A DNA stretch of 64,000 nt, from the IMG/VR virus record IMGVR_UViG_3300027902_000155, positions 1 through 64,000 of that record; one strand, 5' to 3'. Position numbers and translations under genes: made by a program. Each line of letters starts with the position of its first letter. Within the stretch, counting starts at the first letter, position 1. Below, one piece after another: positions 36,443 to 45,956 of this stretch. The notes under the pieces were generated by a model. It worked only from the letters and a program-made list of their open reading frames with translations. It was not told the DNA's origin and did no database searches. This DNA comes from a virus.

Positions 36443-37408
36443 ATGGCACACTCATTCGCTGAGCTTCGTCAGTCACGCAAGAACGAGCTCGACAAACTCA
36501 ACAAAGAACTCGACAAGATGTCGACCGGCGGCGGTACCCGCACGGCCGACACTCGCTACTGGGCTCCCACCGTCGACAAGCTGGGAAACGGCTACGCCGT
36601 CATCCGCTTCTTGACGGCGCCGAAGGGCGAGGACCTTCCTTTCGTCCGTTACTGGGACCACGGGTTCAAGGGTCCGGGCGGTCAGTGGTACATCGAGAAC
36701 TCTCGTAAGTCTCTCGGTGACTCCGAGAACGACCCGGTCGCCGAGATGAACCAGAAGTACTGGGCAGAGGGCGAGAACTCGCGCGGTCGCAAGATCGTGT
36801 CGGGCGACGGCAACGACAAGCCGGGCAGCAAGCGCCGCCTGCACTTCGTCGCGAACATCTACGTGGTGGCCGATCCCTCGAACAAGCAGAACGAGGGCAA
36901 GGTCTTCCTCTACAAGTTCGGCAAGCGCATCTTCGACAAGCTCAACGACGCGATGCACCCCCCGGTGATCGAGGGACTAGCGCCCGAGATGCAGCAAGAG
37001 GCGTTCAACCCGTTCGACATGTGGGAGGGCGCTAACTTCGCCCTCAAGATCCGCAAGGTCGACGGACAGCGCAGCTACGCCGACTCCGCCTTCATCAAGC
37101 CGTGCGCGCCGTTGCTGAAGAGCGACGAAGCCATGGAGAAGCTCTGGGAGCAGGAGTATCCCCTCAAGGAGCTGCTTGATCCCAAGAACTTCAAGTCCTA
37201 CGCGGAACTGAAGGCGAAGCTCGACCGCGTCATGGGAGACAGCATCACTGCCTCCACTGCCGAGCGGTCGCGCATCGAGGACGAAGAGGCTCCTCCGGTT
37301 CGCCGCACCGCCCCGGCACGGCACCCCGTCAAGGAAGACGAGGTCGTCGAGCACGCTACTGCTCAGACCGACCCGCTCGACTACTTCGAGAAGCTCGCGA
37401 ACGGCTGA
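36443..37408 (+). CDS. 32: single-stranded DNA-binding protein (gp32)
   Basis: D.RYW.P.VDK.GNGYAVIRFL, HGFKGPGGQWYIENS, NEGKVFLYKFGK, FKSY.ELK, acidic tail. Confidence 0.95.
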   Translation: MAHSFAELRQSRKNELDKLNKELDKMSTGGGTRTADTRYWAPTVDKLGNGYAVIRFLTAPKGEDLPFVRYWDHGFKGPGGQWYIENSRKSLGDSENDPVAEMNQKYWAEGENSRGRKIVSGDGNDKPGSKRRLHFVANIYVVADPSNKQNEGKVFLYKFGKRIFDKLNDAMHPPVIEGLAPEMQQEAFNPFDMWEGANFALKIRKVDGQRSYADSAFIKPCAPLLKSDEAMEKLWEQEYPLKELLDPKNFKSYAELKAKLDRVMGDSITASTAERSRIEDEEAPPVRRTAPARHPVKEDEVVEHATAQTDPLDYFEKLANG

Positions 37409-37450
37409 TCCACGACGGCTACACACCACGACGGATACAGCGCAAGCGAG

Positions 37451-37486
37451 AAGAGAGCCGGAATAATACCCGGCTCTCTTTTTTTT
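37451..37486 (+). terminator. Rho-independent terminator between convergent genes
   Basis: AAGAGAGCCGG/CCGGCTCTCTT stem followed by T-run. Confidence 0.88.
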
Positions 37487-39485
37487 ATGCCGCGGCCGTG
37501 TCGTTCCACATGTTCTGATACAGCGACGCGTGAGCGTCAGCAGGCATCGGACGAACGTCGCCTCGGTCCTTTGTCTCTGACCTGTTCTCGATTTGCTTCT
37601 CAGACGTCACCTCTGGCCGGTACGACGCCTTGGTTACCGGCCATGGCGTGATCGCCTCGGGAGCTACCCTCTTCTCGGTCTTGGGCGTCGGCTCTACAGA
37701 TGCATCGCGACGCTGCTCACGGAGTACGTCTCTAAGCGGGTCGTCGCGCGCGAGTTTGTCGCCCATAGACTTATACTCGCCGTCTGCAGCCGGCTTAGGA
37801 GATGCTTCGGCAACAGGCTTAGGAGATGCTTCGGCAACAGGCTTAGGTGTAGCATCTGGTGATTTAGTTGCCGTCTGATCGTTCTGAGGATACTGCTTAT
37901 CGTATTCTGCTGTCTGTCTATTAAATTCATGAGTCCATCCTCGGTCAAATTCTTCGTGCGAGGGACGACTACTAGACATTCCTGGATATGGATTACCACC
38001 GGGGTTCGTCGGTTCACCTCTAGGATAGAAGCCCGGCCCCTGTTGGTGCATCATATAGCGCTCTGCCCCAGTGGGTAGCCTACCATTTTTTTTCTTAAAT
38101 TCTTCGTCATTTTTCTTCCATATCCTAGCAGCCACGCGCGCGTTATCGAGCGGATTGTAGATATTTTCTCCAGGCTTAGCGTTCTTTGCCCATTCTTCTC
38201 TACCAATCTGCATCAACCCCTTATATTGCGTTGGTTTGTCTATGTTACTGTTAGGATTCATAGACGACTCAATATTTGCTACCGCTCTTAGTTCGTTTAT
38301 TGGGTACCCGGTCTCACGCGCTACCTGCTCAAGAGCAGCATTGACCTCTGCCTTACCCGCAGCTGTAGCACGATCAACTGGCACACTTGATCCAGAATGA
38401 TTATAGCCGCGCGGGCGACCCGTTGGTCCTGGCGTTCCTCCTGCTAGCGCGTCGCCTACCTGACCGAGAGACGCAGGAAAGACTCGCGACAGGTCTTCGC
38501 CGAACTTGTCGCCGCCCGTCTTGCGCGCGGTAGTTGGGCCCTCTGTTGACTGAGTAAGCGAGACCAGCTTCGGCTGCATGCTCGGTGGCACAGTGATGCC
38601 TCCGCCGCCTCCGCCCGGAGCTTGTCCTCCGCCCGGCGGCGCAGGACCACCCGCGGTGCCAGGAGGACCCTCGCCGCCGCCGACCGTGAGCGCCGCGTTC
38701 TGGAATCCCCCGCGGCTCGAACCGGGAGTACCGGTACCGACTGACTTGACGTCGAAGGTGAGCTTGTCGGCCTTTAGAGTGATCTTCTCTGCATGGATCT
38801 TGATCTTGTTGTTCGCGGCTTCTGAGGTAAACGACGCGCGCTTTAGTCCCTCTGAGTCTCTGTCGTCCGGACGAGCCGTCCTCAGGTCTGGACCGCCCGT
38901 CTGGCGAATGCTGTCGAGACCGTCAGACTGATCTAGACTCATCGGCTTCGGCGCTGGGGTGTCCTTGGTAGCATTAGGAGCGATGTCTGGCTTCTCTACG
39001 GCCGTAGCGTCTTCCTTGTCTTTCTTGCCGCTCAGCAAGTACGCTATGGTGCCGACGCCGACGATCGAGGCGATAGCTCCGAGGATGACCTTGGCGTGCT
39101 TCGTAAAGAATCCGGCGACGCCTCCTCCGAGCAGGTCGCCGATGATGCCCGAGCCAAACGACCTCTTGAGGTCCTCGAGCGCTGCGCGCGTACCCTTCTG
39201 TTCGGACAGCAGCTCGGGCAGTTCTGTTGCCGTAGCCTGAGTAGATTCAGCGATGTGATCGACGCCGACCCTGATGGCCTCGAGCTGGTCTATCGTCGGA
39301 CTGTCGCTTGGACCGGCCGAGCCCGGGCGCGAAGTCTTTGCTTGGACAGCACTACCGCCGTGGCCCAGGCCAGGTAGTCCAGGCAGCAGGGCGCGCGCGG
39401 TCATCCTACCGACGCCCTTCGTTGCCGTCCAGGCGACTTTCCCTGCCCTCGATGCCACGCTTGATACTATGCTGCCTATCGTCAT
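37485..39485 (-). CDS. tail/baseplate-hub (tape-measure-like) protein with SLT lytic transglycosylase domain
   Basis: LRAVANIESSMNP, YKGLMQI, YMMHQQG; Gly-rich linkers; hydrophobic segment. Confidence 0.7.
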   Translation of the reverse strand: MTIGSIVSSVASRAGKVAWTATKGVGRMTARALLPGLPGLGHGGSAVQAKTSRPGSAGPSDSPTIDQLEAIRVGVDHIAESTQATATELPELLSEQKGTRAALEDLKRSFGSGIIGDLLGGGVAGFFTKHAKVILGAIASIVGVGTIAYLLSGKKDKEDATAVEKPDIAPNATKDTPAPKPMSLDQSDGLDSIRQTGGPDLRTARPDDRDSEGLKRASFTSEAANNKIKIHAEKITLKADKLTFDVKSVGTGTPGSSRGGFQNAALTVGGGEGPPGTAGGPAPPGGGQAPGGGGGGITVPPSMQPKLVSLTQSTEGPTTARKTGGDKFGEDLSRVFPASLGQVGDALAGGTPGPTGRPRGYNHSGSSVPVDRATAAGKAEVNAALEQVARETGYPINELRAVANIESSMNPNSNIDKPTQYKGLMQIGREEWAKNAKPGENIYNPLDNARVAARIWKKNDEEFKKKNGRLPTGAERYMMHQQGPGFYPRGEPTNPGGNPYPGMSSSRPSHEEFDRGWTHEFNRQTAEYDKQYPQNDQTATKSPDATPKPVAEASPKPVAEASPKPAADGEYKSMGDKLARDDPLRDVLREQRRDASVEPTPKTEKRVAPEAITPWPVTKASYRPEVTSEKQIENRSETKDRGDVRPMPADAHASLYQNMWNDTAAA
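37792..37847. repeat. 24-bp tandem repeat (2.3 copies) encoding PKPVAEAS
   Basis: GGCTTAGGAGATGCTTCGGCAACA x2 + GGCTTAGG. Confidence 0.9.
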
Positions 39486-39498
39486 CTAATTCTCTCTT

Positions 39499-42400
39499 TT
39501 AGAACGCCATGGCCGCGAGGGCCCCGGACATAGCCGAGTTCTGTAACTCGTCGCTAGTCGCACTTTTTAGTTCTACGGGTTCTTTTTCTTTGACCGTCTT
39601 TGTAACGCGCTGCTCGCGCTCGATGATGTGTATGCTGGGCGTGACTACAGCAGTTTGCGTGTCCTTCATCGCGAGATCCGCTGACTCCTCAGCTAGTCTC
39701 TTTCCAGACTCATACTTCAAACGGCCCTGCTCCGCGATCCTTGTAGCGTTAGACTCTCTCGGTGTGTCCGTGAGCTGCTTTGCCTCAGCGAGCTGCGAGC
39801 GTACTGCACCAGTAAATTCTGACGTCGGAAGGTTCTTGTCGAGAGTAAACGCGTCGCCGCGCTTGAGGTACCTTGCTGCAGTACCGCTGCCGAGCTGTGC
39901 CACTGCCAGGGCCTCGAGCTTCTTTCCGGTATCTGCGTCCTTATAGAGCTTTCCTGCACTCTTGTTGGCGCGAAGTTCACGGTCCTTGAGCAGCAGGTAG
40001 CCAGCGTAGTACTCTTCTTGCAGCTGCGGGTCCTTGATGAAGTCTGTGCGGGTGGGCGCCCGACCGGTGCGACCGAAGATTTTTGTGTGAATGTCTCTTG
40101 CGTCTTCGTCGTTGAACTGGTACCGGCCGTAGTTAGCGTTGCCTCGGTCCTGCAGCTTGTAGTCGCCGAGCGGATTGCGTCCCCTTACGTTCTTGTTAGA
40201 ACCAGACTCGATCTGAGAGACGCCGCGGCGCAGAGCAGTGATCTCGTCGACGCTGGCACCCGTCTGTTCCATGACCTTACGGTATGCAGGATGCAGTGTC
40301 TCGCCGCGCGAGTCGACGAGTGGCTTCTCTTCCATTCTGATGCCTCCTAGGGTACCGGGATTGATTACTCGTCCGTAGCCGCGAGAGGTCGCTCCGGCAG
40401 ACGTGTCGTCGTTGTAAGACGGGTTAGTAACGTGAGACGGTAGGGAACGCTCGATGTACTCGTCGCCGCCTCCACTGATCACCTCTGGACCAGAGAGACC
40501 TACGACACGGCCGGTAAGCTTGCCGGGGTCGCGCATGACCTCTGGACCGCGCTCGCCGACGATGGTGATCGAGTCGTTCTTGGTATAACTGCGTCTGCGA
40601 CGGCGGGTACCACCGGTAGCAAGTTCTTGAGTAGGCTTCTGAGCAGGAACGGGCACCGGACCGGACTCGGGTTCTGTATCGTCCGGCTTCTTTGAGTCTG
40701 CGGTCTTTTTCTTTTCTTGCTTTGCTTCCTTCTTTACTTCCTTACCGTATATGCCCTCGCTGGCCGCTAGTGCTGGATGGACGCCTCGATATTCGAGATG
40801 GCCCTGGTCCCAGCCTGCGCCCGGTCGACCTCCGAAGTCACCGCCCCAGACGATGCCGCGACGGTTTAATATCGCTCGCCATCTCTCTGGATTCTCTTCG
40901 ACCCACCTACGCATGGCCGGACTCAATAGCACTTGGTCGTCCATGTCGATAGCGTTGCCGTACGCGTGCTGTGACCAGCCTGATCCGCCGCCGCGCTTCA
41001 TTCGATAAGCATACGAACCGAGGTGTCTGAGAGGCGCGCCGTTCGCAGCTAGGTCGTCGAAAAATCCCTTGAACGCTTCTGCAGACGCGGCATTGACAGT
41101 AATCTTACCGTACGCCGTCATCACAGGAACTAGATTCTCTCCTGGGCCGCCGTGCTGTCCGTGCATGTAGTTATAGCCGCCTGGCGACTGTGCCCCGGCA
41201 TTGAGTGCTGCAGAAGAACCTCCGAGTCCGCCGACGCCGCCGAGACCAGCACCGCCGTTTGGATCAAGAGACGCGAGCAGTCCGCCCGGTCTCGTGAGTA
41301 CCGAGGCTCCTCCAGCAGAACCTACAGCGCCCAGGGCCGAGCTGGTGCCAGACATAGCACCGGCAGAGAGCGCCGTTGCGTCTTCGCCTGAAGAAGTCAG
41401 AGCTGCCGATTGAAACGCGGCGCGACCAACAGACCCTGTAGCACGGCCAGCGCCCTTGAAGATGACCTCGTCTGCCTCGAACGTGATCTCTCTAGCCTCA
41501 AGAGTCAGTTCGGCGAGTCGCGTTTCGTCGGTCTCTCTTAGCGACATAGGAGAATAGAGGCCGGGCGGCTTAGTCAGTCTATCGAATACTGAACCCTTCT
41601 GTTCTTGTGCCTTCTGATGCTTCTGTATCCTCTTTAGTGCTGCATCAGAACCAGAGTAGTCATAGATCGCCCTTCCGCCAGCAGCACCGCCCATCGAGCC
41701 CACGACGCCGCCGACGAAAGCACCTAGAGGGACCGTTATCGGAGCCAGCGGACCTCCTAGTCCTCCGATGGCAGCACCGGCGATAGCTCCGCCGGATCCA
41801 CCGGCGACAGCACCAACTCCAACCGATGCTGCTCTCTTAGCATCGCCAGTTTCCCAGTACTCAAGTAAGCCCTCGATTACTCCGCCGAGCGCAGCGCCGC
41901 CGATGACTCTTCCAGATCTAGCTGCGAGTCTTGCAGCCGCCCTGGCTCCAGCTACTCTTCCGCCAGTCGCTGCAGCCGCTTTAGCAGCCGCGCCGATACC
42001 TCCGCCAGCACTCTTTAGTACTTTAGCCTTAGCGATAGTACCGATTACGTCATTCGCAAGGCTGTTGCTGCCGTCAGAGGAAGAACCCTTGTTGTTCTTG
42101 ATGACTTCTGTAAGTTCAGTAACTGCTTGGATTTCTTTTTCTTGCCCAGCGACCAGCGCTTCTGTACCCTCAGCAGTGCGCTGGGTAAAGTCTTCGATAG
42201 CCCCGACTTTTATCCGGAGCGCATCTACCTGCTGTGGCTGGATACCGGCTCCGGCAGGGGCTGCTGCTGGCTTAGTTTTCTCGGTGTAGTCTCTGCCTAG
42301 GTCATAGAGACCTCGAGCACCCGGAAGCAGCGCGCCGAGCATGAGCCTTTCGGCGTATCTTACTGGATGACGGAGACCGCGAGCGAACGGCCTAGCACCC

Positions 42401-42759
42401 GGCAGGATAGCAGCAAGCGTAGAATGAACGGCGAACTCGCCCATCGCAGCGAGGAAGCCAGACTTCTTTGGCCTGTTGTTGACGCCGCCATCTTTCGGGG
42501 GCTTCGGTGGGGCCTTTGGTGTCTTTTTGGTTGGTTCTTCAGATGTTTGTCGTGAAACATCTTCTTCGGGGGTCGCTTCATTCTCGACCTCGTCTTCCCA
42601 GCGCAGACCGAGACGCTTCATCTCGGCGTCTACGTTTCTCTTGCTGGCACCGAAGTACTGCTCGGCGATGGCATAGACGTCGGCTCGCGGTACCTTCTCC
42701 TTGATGAGTTTCTGAAGGAACTGCGCGTTTAGACTAGTCCATGCCTCATATCTGGCCAT
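39499..42759 (-). CDS. tape-measure/baseplate-hub-like protein with M15 peptidase and lysozyme-like domains
   Basis: glycine zipper region; SQHAYGNAID + DQGHLE (M15); VGERGPE; IESG..YGRYQF. Confidence 0.7.
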   Translation of the reverse strand: MARYEAWTSLNAQFLQKLIKEKVPRADVYAIAEQYFGASKRNVDAEMKRLGLRWEDEVENEATPEEDVSRQTSEEPTKKTPKAPPKPPKDGGVNNRPKKSGFLAAMGEFAVHSTLAAILPGARPFARGLRHPVRYAERLMLGALLPGARGLYDLGRDYTEKTKPAAAPAGAGIQPQQVDALRIKVGAIEDFTQRTAEGTEALVAGQEKEIQAVTELTEVIKNNKGSSSDGSNSLANDVIGTIAKAKVLKSAGGGIGAAAKAAAATGGRVAGARAAARLAARSGRVIGGAALGGVIEGLLEYWETGDAKRAASVGVGAVAGGSGGAIAGAAIGGLGGPLAPITVPLGAFVGGVVGSMGGAAGGRAIYDYSGSDAALKRIQKHQKAQEQKGSVFDRLTKPPGLYSPMSLRETDETRLAELTLEAREITFEADEVIFKGAGRATGSVGRAAFQSAALTSSGEDATALSAGAMSGTSSALGAVGSAGGASVLTRPGGLLASLDPNGGAGLGGVGGLGGSSAALNAGAQSPGGYNYMHGQHGGPGENLVPVMTAYGKITVNAASAEAFKGFFDDLAANGAPLRHLGSYAYRMKRGGGSGWSQHAYGNAIDMDDQVLLSPAMRRWVEENPERWRAILNRRGIVWGGDFGGRPGAGWDQGHLEYRGVHPALAASEGIYGKEVKKEAKQEKKKTADSKKPDDTEPESGPVPVPAQKPTQELATGGTRRRRRSYTKNDSITIVGERGPEVMRDPGKLTGRVVGLSGPEVISGGGDEYIERSLPSHVTNPSYNDDTSAGATSRGYGRVINPGTLGGIRMEEKPLVDSRGETLHPAYRKVMEQTGASVDEITALRRGVSQIESGSNKNVRGRNPLGDYKLQDRGNANYGRYQFNDEDARDIHTKIFGRTGRAPTRTDFIKDPQLQEEYYAGYLLLKDRELRANKSAGKLYKDADTGKKLEALAVAQLGSGTAARYLKRGDAFTLDKNLPTSEFTGAVRSQLAEAKQLTDTPRESNATRIAEQGRLKYESGKRLAEESADLAMKDTQTAVVTPSIHIIEREQRVTKTVKEKEPVELKSATSDELQNSAMSGALAAMAF

Positions 42760-43205
42760 TAGTGATCGTCGCCGTTCTTAGTGATGCCGTCGATGATGGC
42801 CCGCTTCTCTTGGCCGCGAGACCAGCTGGTGATGCCGAGGATAGCGCCGAAGGCGAGGTGGATGAGTCCCCCGCCCTGTAGCGTGATCGGGACCCAGGGG
42901 GTATAGGCGACGATGTGGAGCGCCGCAGTGAGCCAAGAACCGATCGGGAATATGATGAAGTCGCAAGCGCAGATCGCGGCGTACAGCCAGCCCATCGTCG
43001 GACGCCAGTGCGCCTTGAACCAGTGTTCGTCTTCAAGGGTAAAGTCGCGTAGCTGCTGCTGCTTTTGCGCATCTAGGTGCAGTCGTTCTACGGCGAGCGT
43101 CTCAGTAAAGACTTGTTTGCGAGTGTCTAATGCGTCAGCAACAGCACTCTGAACAGGTACCGGTTGAGTATTGGCGCTTACAGGTGCGTCATCGATCTTG
43201 CCCAT
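42759..43205 (-). CDS. 3TM holin-like membrane protein
   Basis: WRPTMGWLY..DFIIFP, WVPITLQGGGLIHLAFGAILG..SRGQEK. Confidence 0.7.
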   Translation of the reverse strand: MGKIDDAPVSANTQPVPVQSAVADALDTRKQVFTETLAVERLHLDAQKQQQLRDFTLEDEHWFKAHWRPTMGWLYAAICACDFIIFPIGSWLTAALHIVAYTPWVPITLQGGGLIHLAFGAILGITSWSRGQEKRAIIDGITKNGDDH

Positions 43206-43230
43206 GAGAGGTTCCCTCGTACTCAAGTAT

Positions 43231-43419
43231 TTAGGGTCTGTTCTCTTGGGATTCCCTGACCTTCTTCATGTGCTCGGCAAGGAGGTCTACATAGACGTCT
43301 CGCTCCCACGGCACCATGTCCTCGACCTCAGACAGCGACCACTTGTTGTGCTGAACGAGGGCGAATACGGTAGTCAGGTAGCCTCGAAGATCTCCGTAGC
43401 TCAGCGAAGCGCGAAAAAA
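43231..43419 (-). CDS. 51: gp51-like baseplate hub assembly domain (no own start; probably reached by -1 frameshift from gp26)
   Basis: Manual translation LSYGDLRGYLTTVFALVQHNKWSLSEVEDMVPWERDVYVDLL. Confidence 0.75.
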   Translation of the reverse strand, partial: FFRASLSYGDLRGYLTTVFALVQHNKWSLSEVEDMVPWERDVYVDLLAEHMKKVRESQENRP

Positions 43420-44117
43420 TCTGATAGCGAGCTAAGGGTGATAGTCCTCTCGTGATCGAGCGAGTTCTTGTACTTCAAGACGTAGTGCATCTTGGGGGTC
43501 GCCTGTAGGAACGCCTGGATCTTGTTGAAGGCCTCGATGTCGAGCGACTCGACGAACGTCGTGAGTTCTTCTTCGGTCTCGTTCTTGGTCTCAAAGACGG
43601 CATCGCCCTGCCATGCAGACACGATGCACTTCTTCACCAGCTCGAACAGCATGGCTTCCTCAGAGAGCTGAGTGAACTCCTTGTCGCCGTAGATAGACGC
43701 CGGCGGATACTGCAGTACTATCCCTACGTCTGGTCCGAGGACTATCTTGTTTGACCCCGCCTTGTCGCCCGGCGCCTCAACCTTGACTTCGTCTAGGTTG
43801 ATCTTGAAGCTGTACTGCTTCTCGTCTTCGGCGTCCTCGTAAGTGACGCTGATCACGTTAGAGACGGATGCCGCGCGCAGCTTGAGGTAGAAGTACTCGA
43901 GGGCGAAGATCGGGAGCGTCTCTACGTCCAGGTCGTCGAGTGAACAGTTCGCCACGACCTGCTTAATGGCGAGCAAGATGTCAGAGAGCTCGTCTGACGC
44001 CTTAGCGATCATCAGCAGCTTTTCTTCCTTGACCGTGAACGGCCTGAACCTGCGGTCCTTTTGGTCTGCTGGATTCTTGATGGTGAGTATCGGCTTGTCG
44101 ATCTTAGGGAATGCCAT
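43401..44117 (-). CDS. 26: baseplate hub assembly protein (gp26-like)
   Basis: FPKIDKP, FRPFTVKEEKLLMIA, FALEYFYLKLRAASV, C-terminal LSDFF. Confidence 0.88.
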   Translation of the reverse strand: MAFPKIDKPILTIKNPADQKDRRFRPFTVKEEKLLMIAKASDELSDILLAIKQVVANCSLDDLDVETLPIFALEYFYLKLRAASVSNVISVTYEDAEDEKQYSFKINLDEVKVEAPGDKAGSNKIVLGPDVGIVLQYPPASIYGDKEFTQLSEEAMLFELVKKCIVSAWQGDAVFETKNETEEELTTFVESLDIEAFNKIQAFLQATPKMHYVLKYKNSLDHERTITLSSLSDFFALR

Positions 44118-44143
44118 GCTGTCTCCGTTTCATTCAGTTGTGT

Positions 44144-44854
44144 TTATACAGTAACTGCAGCGCCCTGCGTACTAAACGCGCCGAGTCTCTGTAAGACTGG
44201 CTGGTTTGCTGGAACGCCCGTGGGTTGCTGGACTGCGTCAGTAGCGTCGACGTTTACGAGTGACCAGTCGCGGAACGTGAAGCTGACTGTCAATTTCAGT
44301 AGCTGGTCGTGAGCGCCCCAAGACAGGGGAACGTCTGGCATCATGTTTGGATAGGCCTGGTACATCATGATGGTCTGCACGATCGATCCGCGGGGGTCGA
44401 GGACGTCGACCTTTATCGTCGACTGATACTCTGCTCTATACTCGAGTTCGTTGCTTGCGCGGCGCGGCGCGGCGCCTGGAGTAGCATGTTCGTCGCCGTA
44501 GGCAAAGATAGAGTTGATCCATGAGTAAAAGAATGCCCAGACGAAGCCGTCTGAGTCGGGGATGAAGGAGATAGAGTTATCTGAGAACACCACGTTGAAC
44601 GGCGTCTTCTGGATCGGGCCGATGCCGTAGCGCTGGACGTCAGACGTCGCGATCAAGACGCCTGGAGCTCTGACGCTGTCGGCGCGGTAGTTAAAGATCT
44701 CTTCAGCACCCATCTGATACTGGTTGCCGCTCAGTGCAGTTATCGTCTTGCCTCGGAGGATAGGCGGAGGCACGATCGTCACAAAGAAGTCGTGTGGCTT
44801 TAGGTAGCCACCGTCTGATAAGTTCGCCCTAAATTCTTCGACGTCGAAGGCCAT
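44144..44854 (-). CDS. 54: tail tube initiator / tube-like protein (gp54-like)
   Basis: F.VEEFRANL..G, SVRAPG, AYP...VPLSWG...KLTVSFTF. Confidence 0.7.
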   Translation of the reverse strand: MAFDVEEFRANLSDGGYLKPHDFFVTIVPPPILRGKTITALSGNQYQMGAEEIFNYRADSVRAPGVLIATSDVQRYGIGPIQKTPFNVVFSDNSISFIPDSDGFVWAFFYSWINSIFAYGDEHATPGAAPRRASNELEYRAEYQSTIKVDVLDPRGSIVQTIMMYQAYPNMMPDVPLSWGAHDQLLKLTVSFTFRDWSLVNVDATDAVQQPTGVPANQPVLQRLGAFSTQGAAVTV

Positions 44855-45453
44855 CAGCCTACTGCCCTTACTGAGTCTTTCCAGACCTGCTCTGCCGACG
44901 CCTTCTCGAAGCGCTGCAGCGGCAGCAGCAGTGCCTTGTCCCAATCCGGCGGAGAGATCATCTTTATCTCAGACATGACGTGGCCCGCCAGGTACTCCTT
45001 GACGCACGGCTTGAAGTACCTGCTCTTCGCCGAGCGCTTCAGGATCTGGTACGAGATATTTAGGCGCGTCTTGTCAGTGATGTTCTCTGTAGTCGCGAGG
45101 TTATAGAGGGACGACATCAGGGCCGCGCGGTAGGGCACAGGAAGGTAGTGGAGATTGATTCCGAGCCATCCGTCGGCGCGCATGTCGGTGATGAACACCA
45201 TGGGGAACCGGTCGTAGTACGGCAGCGTCTTCTTGAGTTTGGGGTCGTAGAAGTAGCAGCAGAGGGCGCCGATCACGTCTGTCGTTATGCTGCTGAGGGC
45301 GACCGTGTCCTCCGAGGCGAGCAGTCTGTTGGGGGTGACGCCGGTCATGCCCTGGGCGGTAGCGTAGTACCATGCTCGAGCATCCTTCACCAGGGCGGTG
45401 TTGATTCCCGCCTTCTGTGCCTGCTTTGCCATATTTTGGAAGATGTAAGCCAT
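44854..45453 (-). CDS. 2: DNA end protector (gp2)
   Basis: YFYDPKLKKTLPYYDRFP, GINLHYLP, PCVKEYL..HV. Confidence 0.92.
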   Translation of the reverse strand: MAYIFQNMAKQAQKAGINTALVKDARAWYYATAQGMTGVTPNRLLASEDTVALSSITTDVIGALCCYFYDPKLKKTLPYYDRFPMVFITDMRADGWLGINLHYLPVPYRAALMSSLYNLATTENITDKTRLNISYQILKRSAKSRYFKPCVKEYLAGHVMSEIKMISPPDWDKALLLPLQRFEKASAEQVWKDSVRAVG

Positions 45454-45469
45454 TCGACTTATTTATCGG

Positions 45470-45898
45470 TCAAAAAGTAACTCCGAGTTCGTGCTCAGTG
45501 ATCACCTGAAAGTGCCATGCCCGCTGCTTACAGTAGGCCCGCGCGGCGCGAAACTTAGCGTCGTTCACGCCGTAGGTCATCACCTCTGACAGGAACTTAC
45601 GCTTGCTCTTGCCCTTCGGACTCGGCGGTACGGTCTCCTTCATGGGCTTGATCTCGACGATCGACTGAGACCCGTCTTGCATCTTGATGTGGAAGTCGGG
45701 AAAGTACCGGTGCACGCGCCCGTCCTTGGGCGAGACGTAGGGTATCTGTATCTCCTCAGACGACCACTGGACTACCTCGGGATTGCCGTCTAGACGTATC
45801 ATCGACTGCAGTTCCCACGACGAGCGGTACCAGATGTTGGTCGGGTCGCCCCTGTACTTCTGGGGATTCTTGGGCTTGAACTGTCCCTTCCAGGCCAT
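45470..45898 (-). CDS. 4: head completion nuclease (gp4)
   Basis: PKNPQKYRGD, YRSSWE, WSSEE, HRYFPDF, VEIKP, ITE. Confidence 0.93.
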   Translation of the reverse strand: MAWKGQFKPKNPQKYRGDPTNIWYRSSWELQSMIRLDGNPEVVQWSSEEIQIPYVSPKDGRVHRYFPDFHIKMQDGSQSIVEIKPMKETVPPSPKGKSKRKFLSEVMTYGVNDAKFRAARAYCKQRAWHFQVITEHELGVTF

Positions 45899-45956
45899 CG
45901 TTCACCTTCTGGTTACACGATAAATAAGATCGCGTAGTATTTATTAAGGAAATCTA

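Noticed and set aside
37792-37847. Regulatory or DGR-type repeat
   Set aside because: In-frame 24-bp duplication encoding a Pro/Ala linker; no reverse transcriptase in the window
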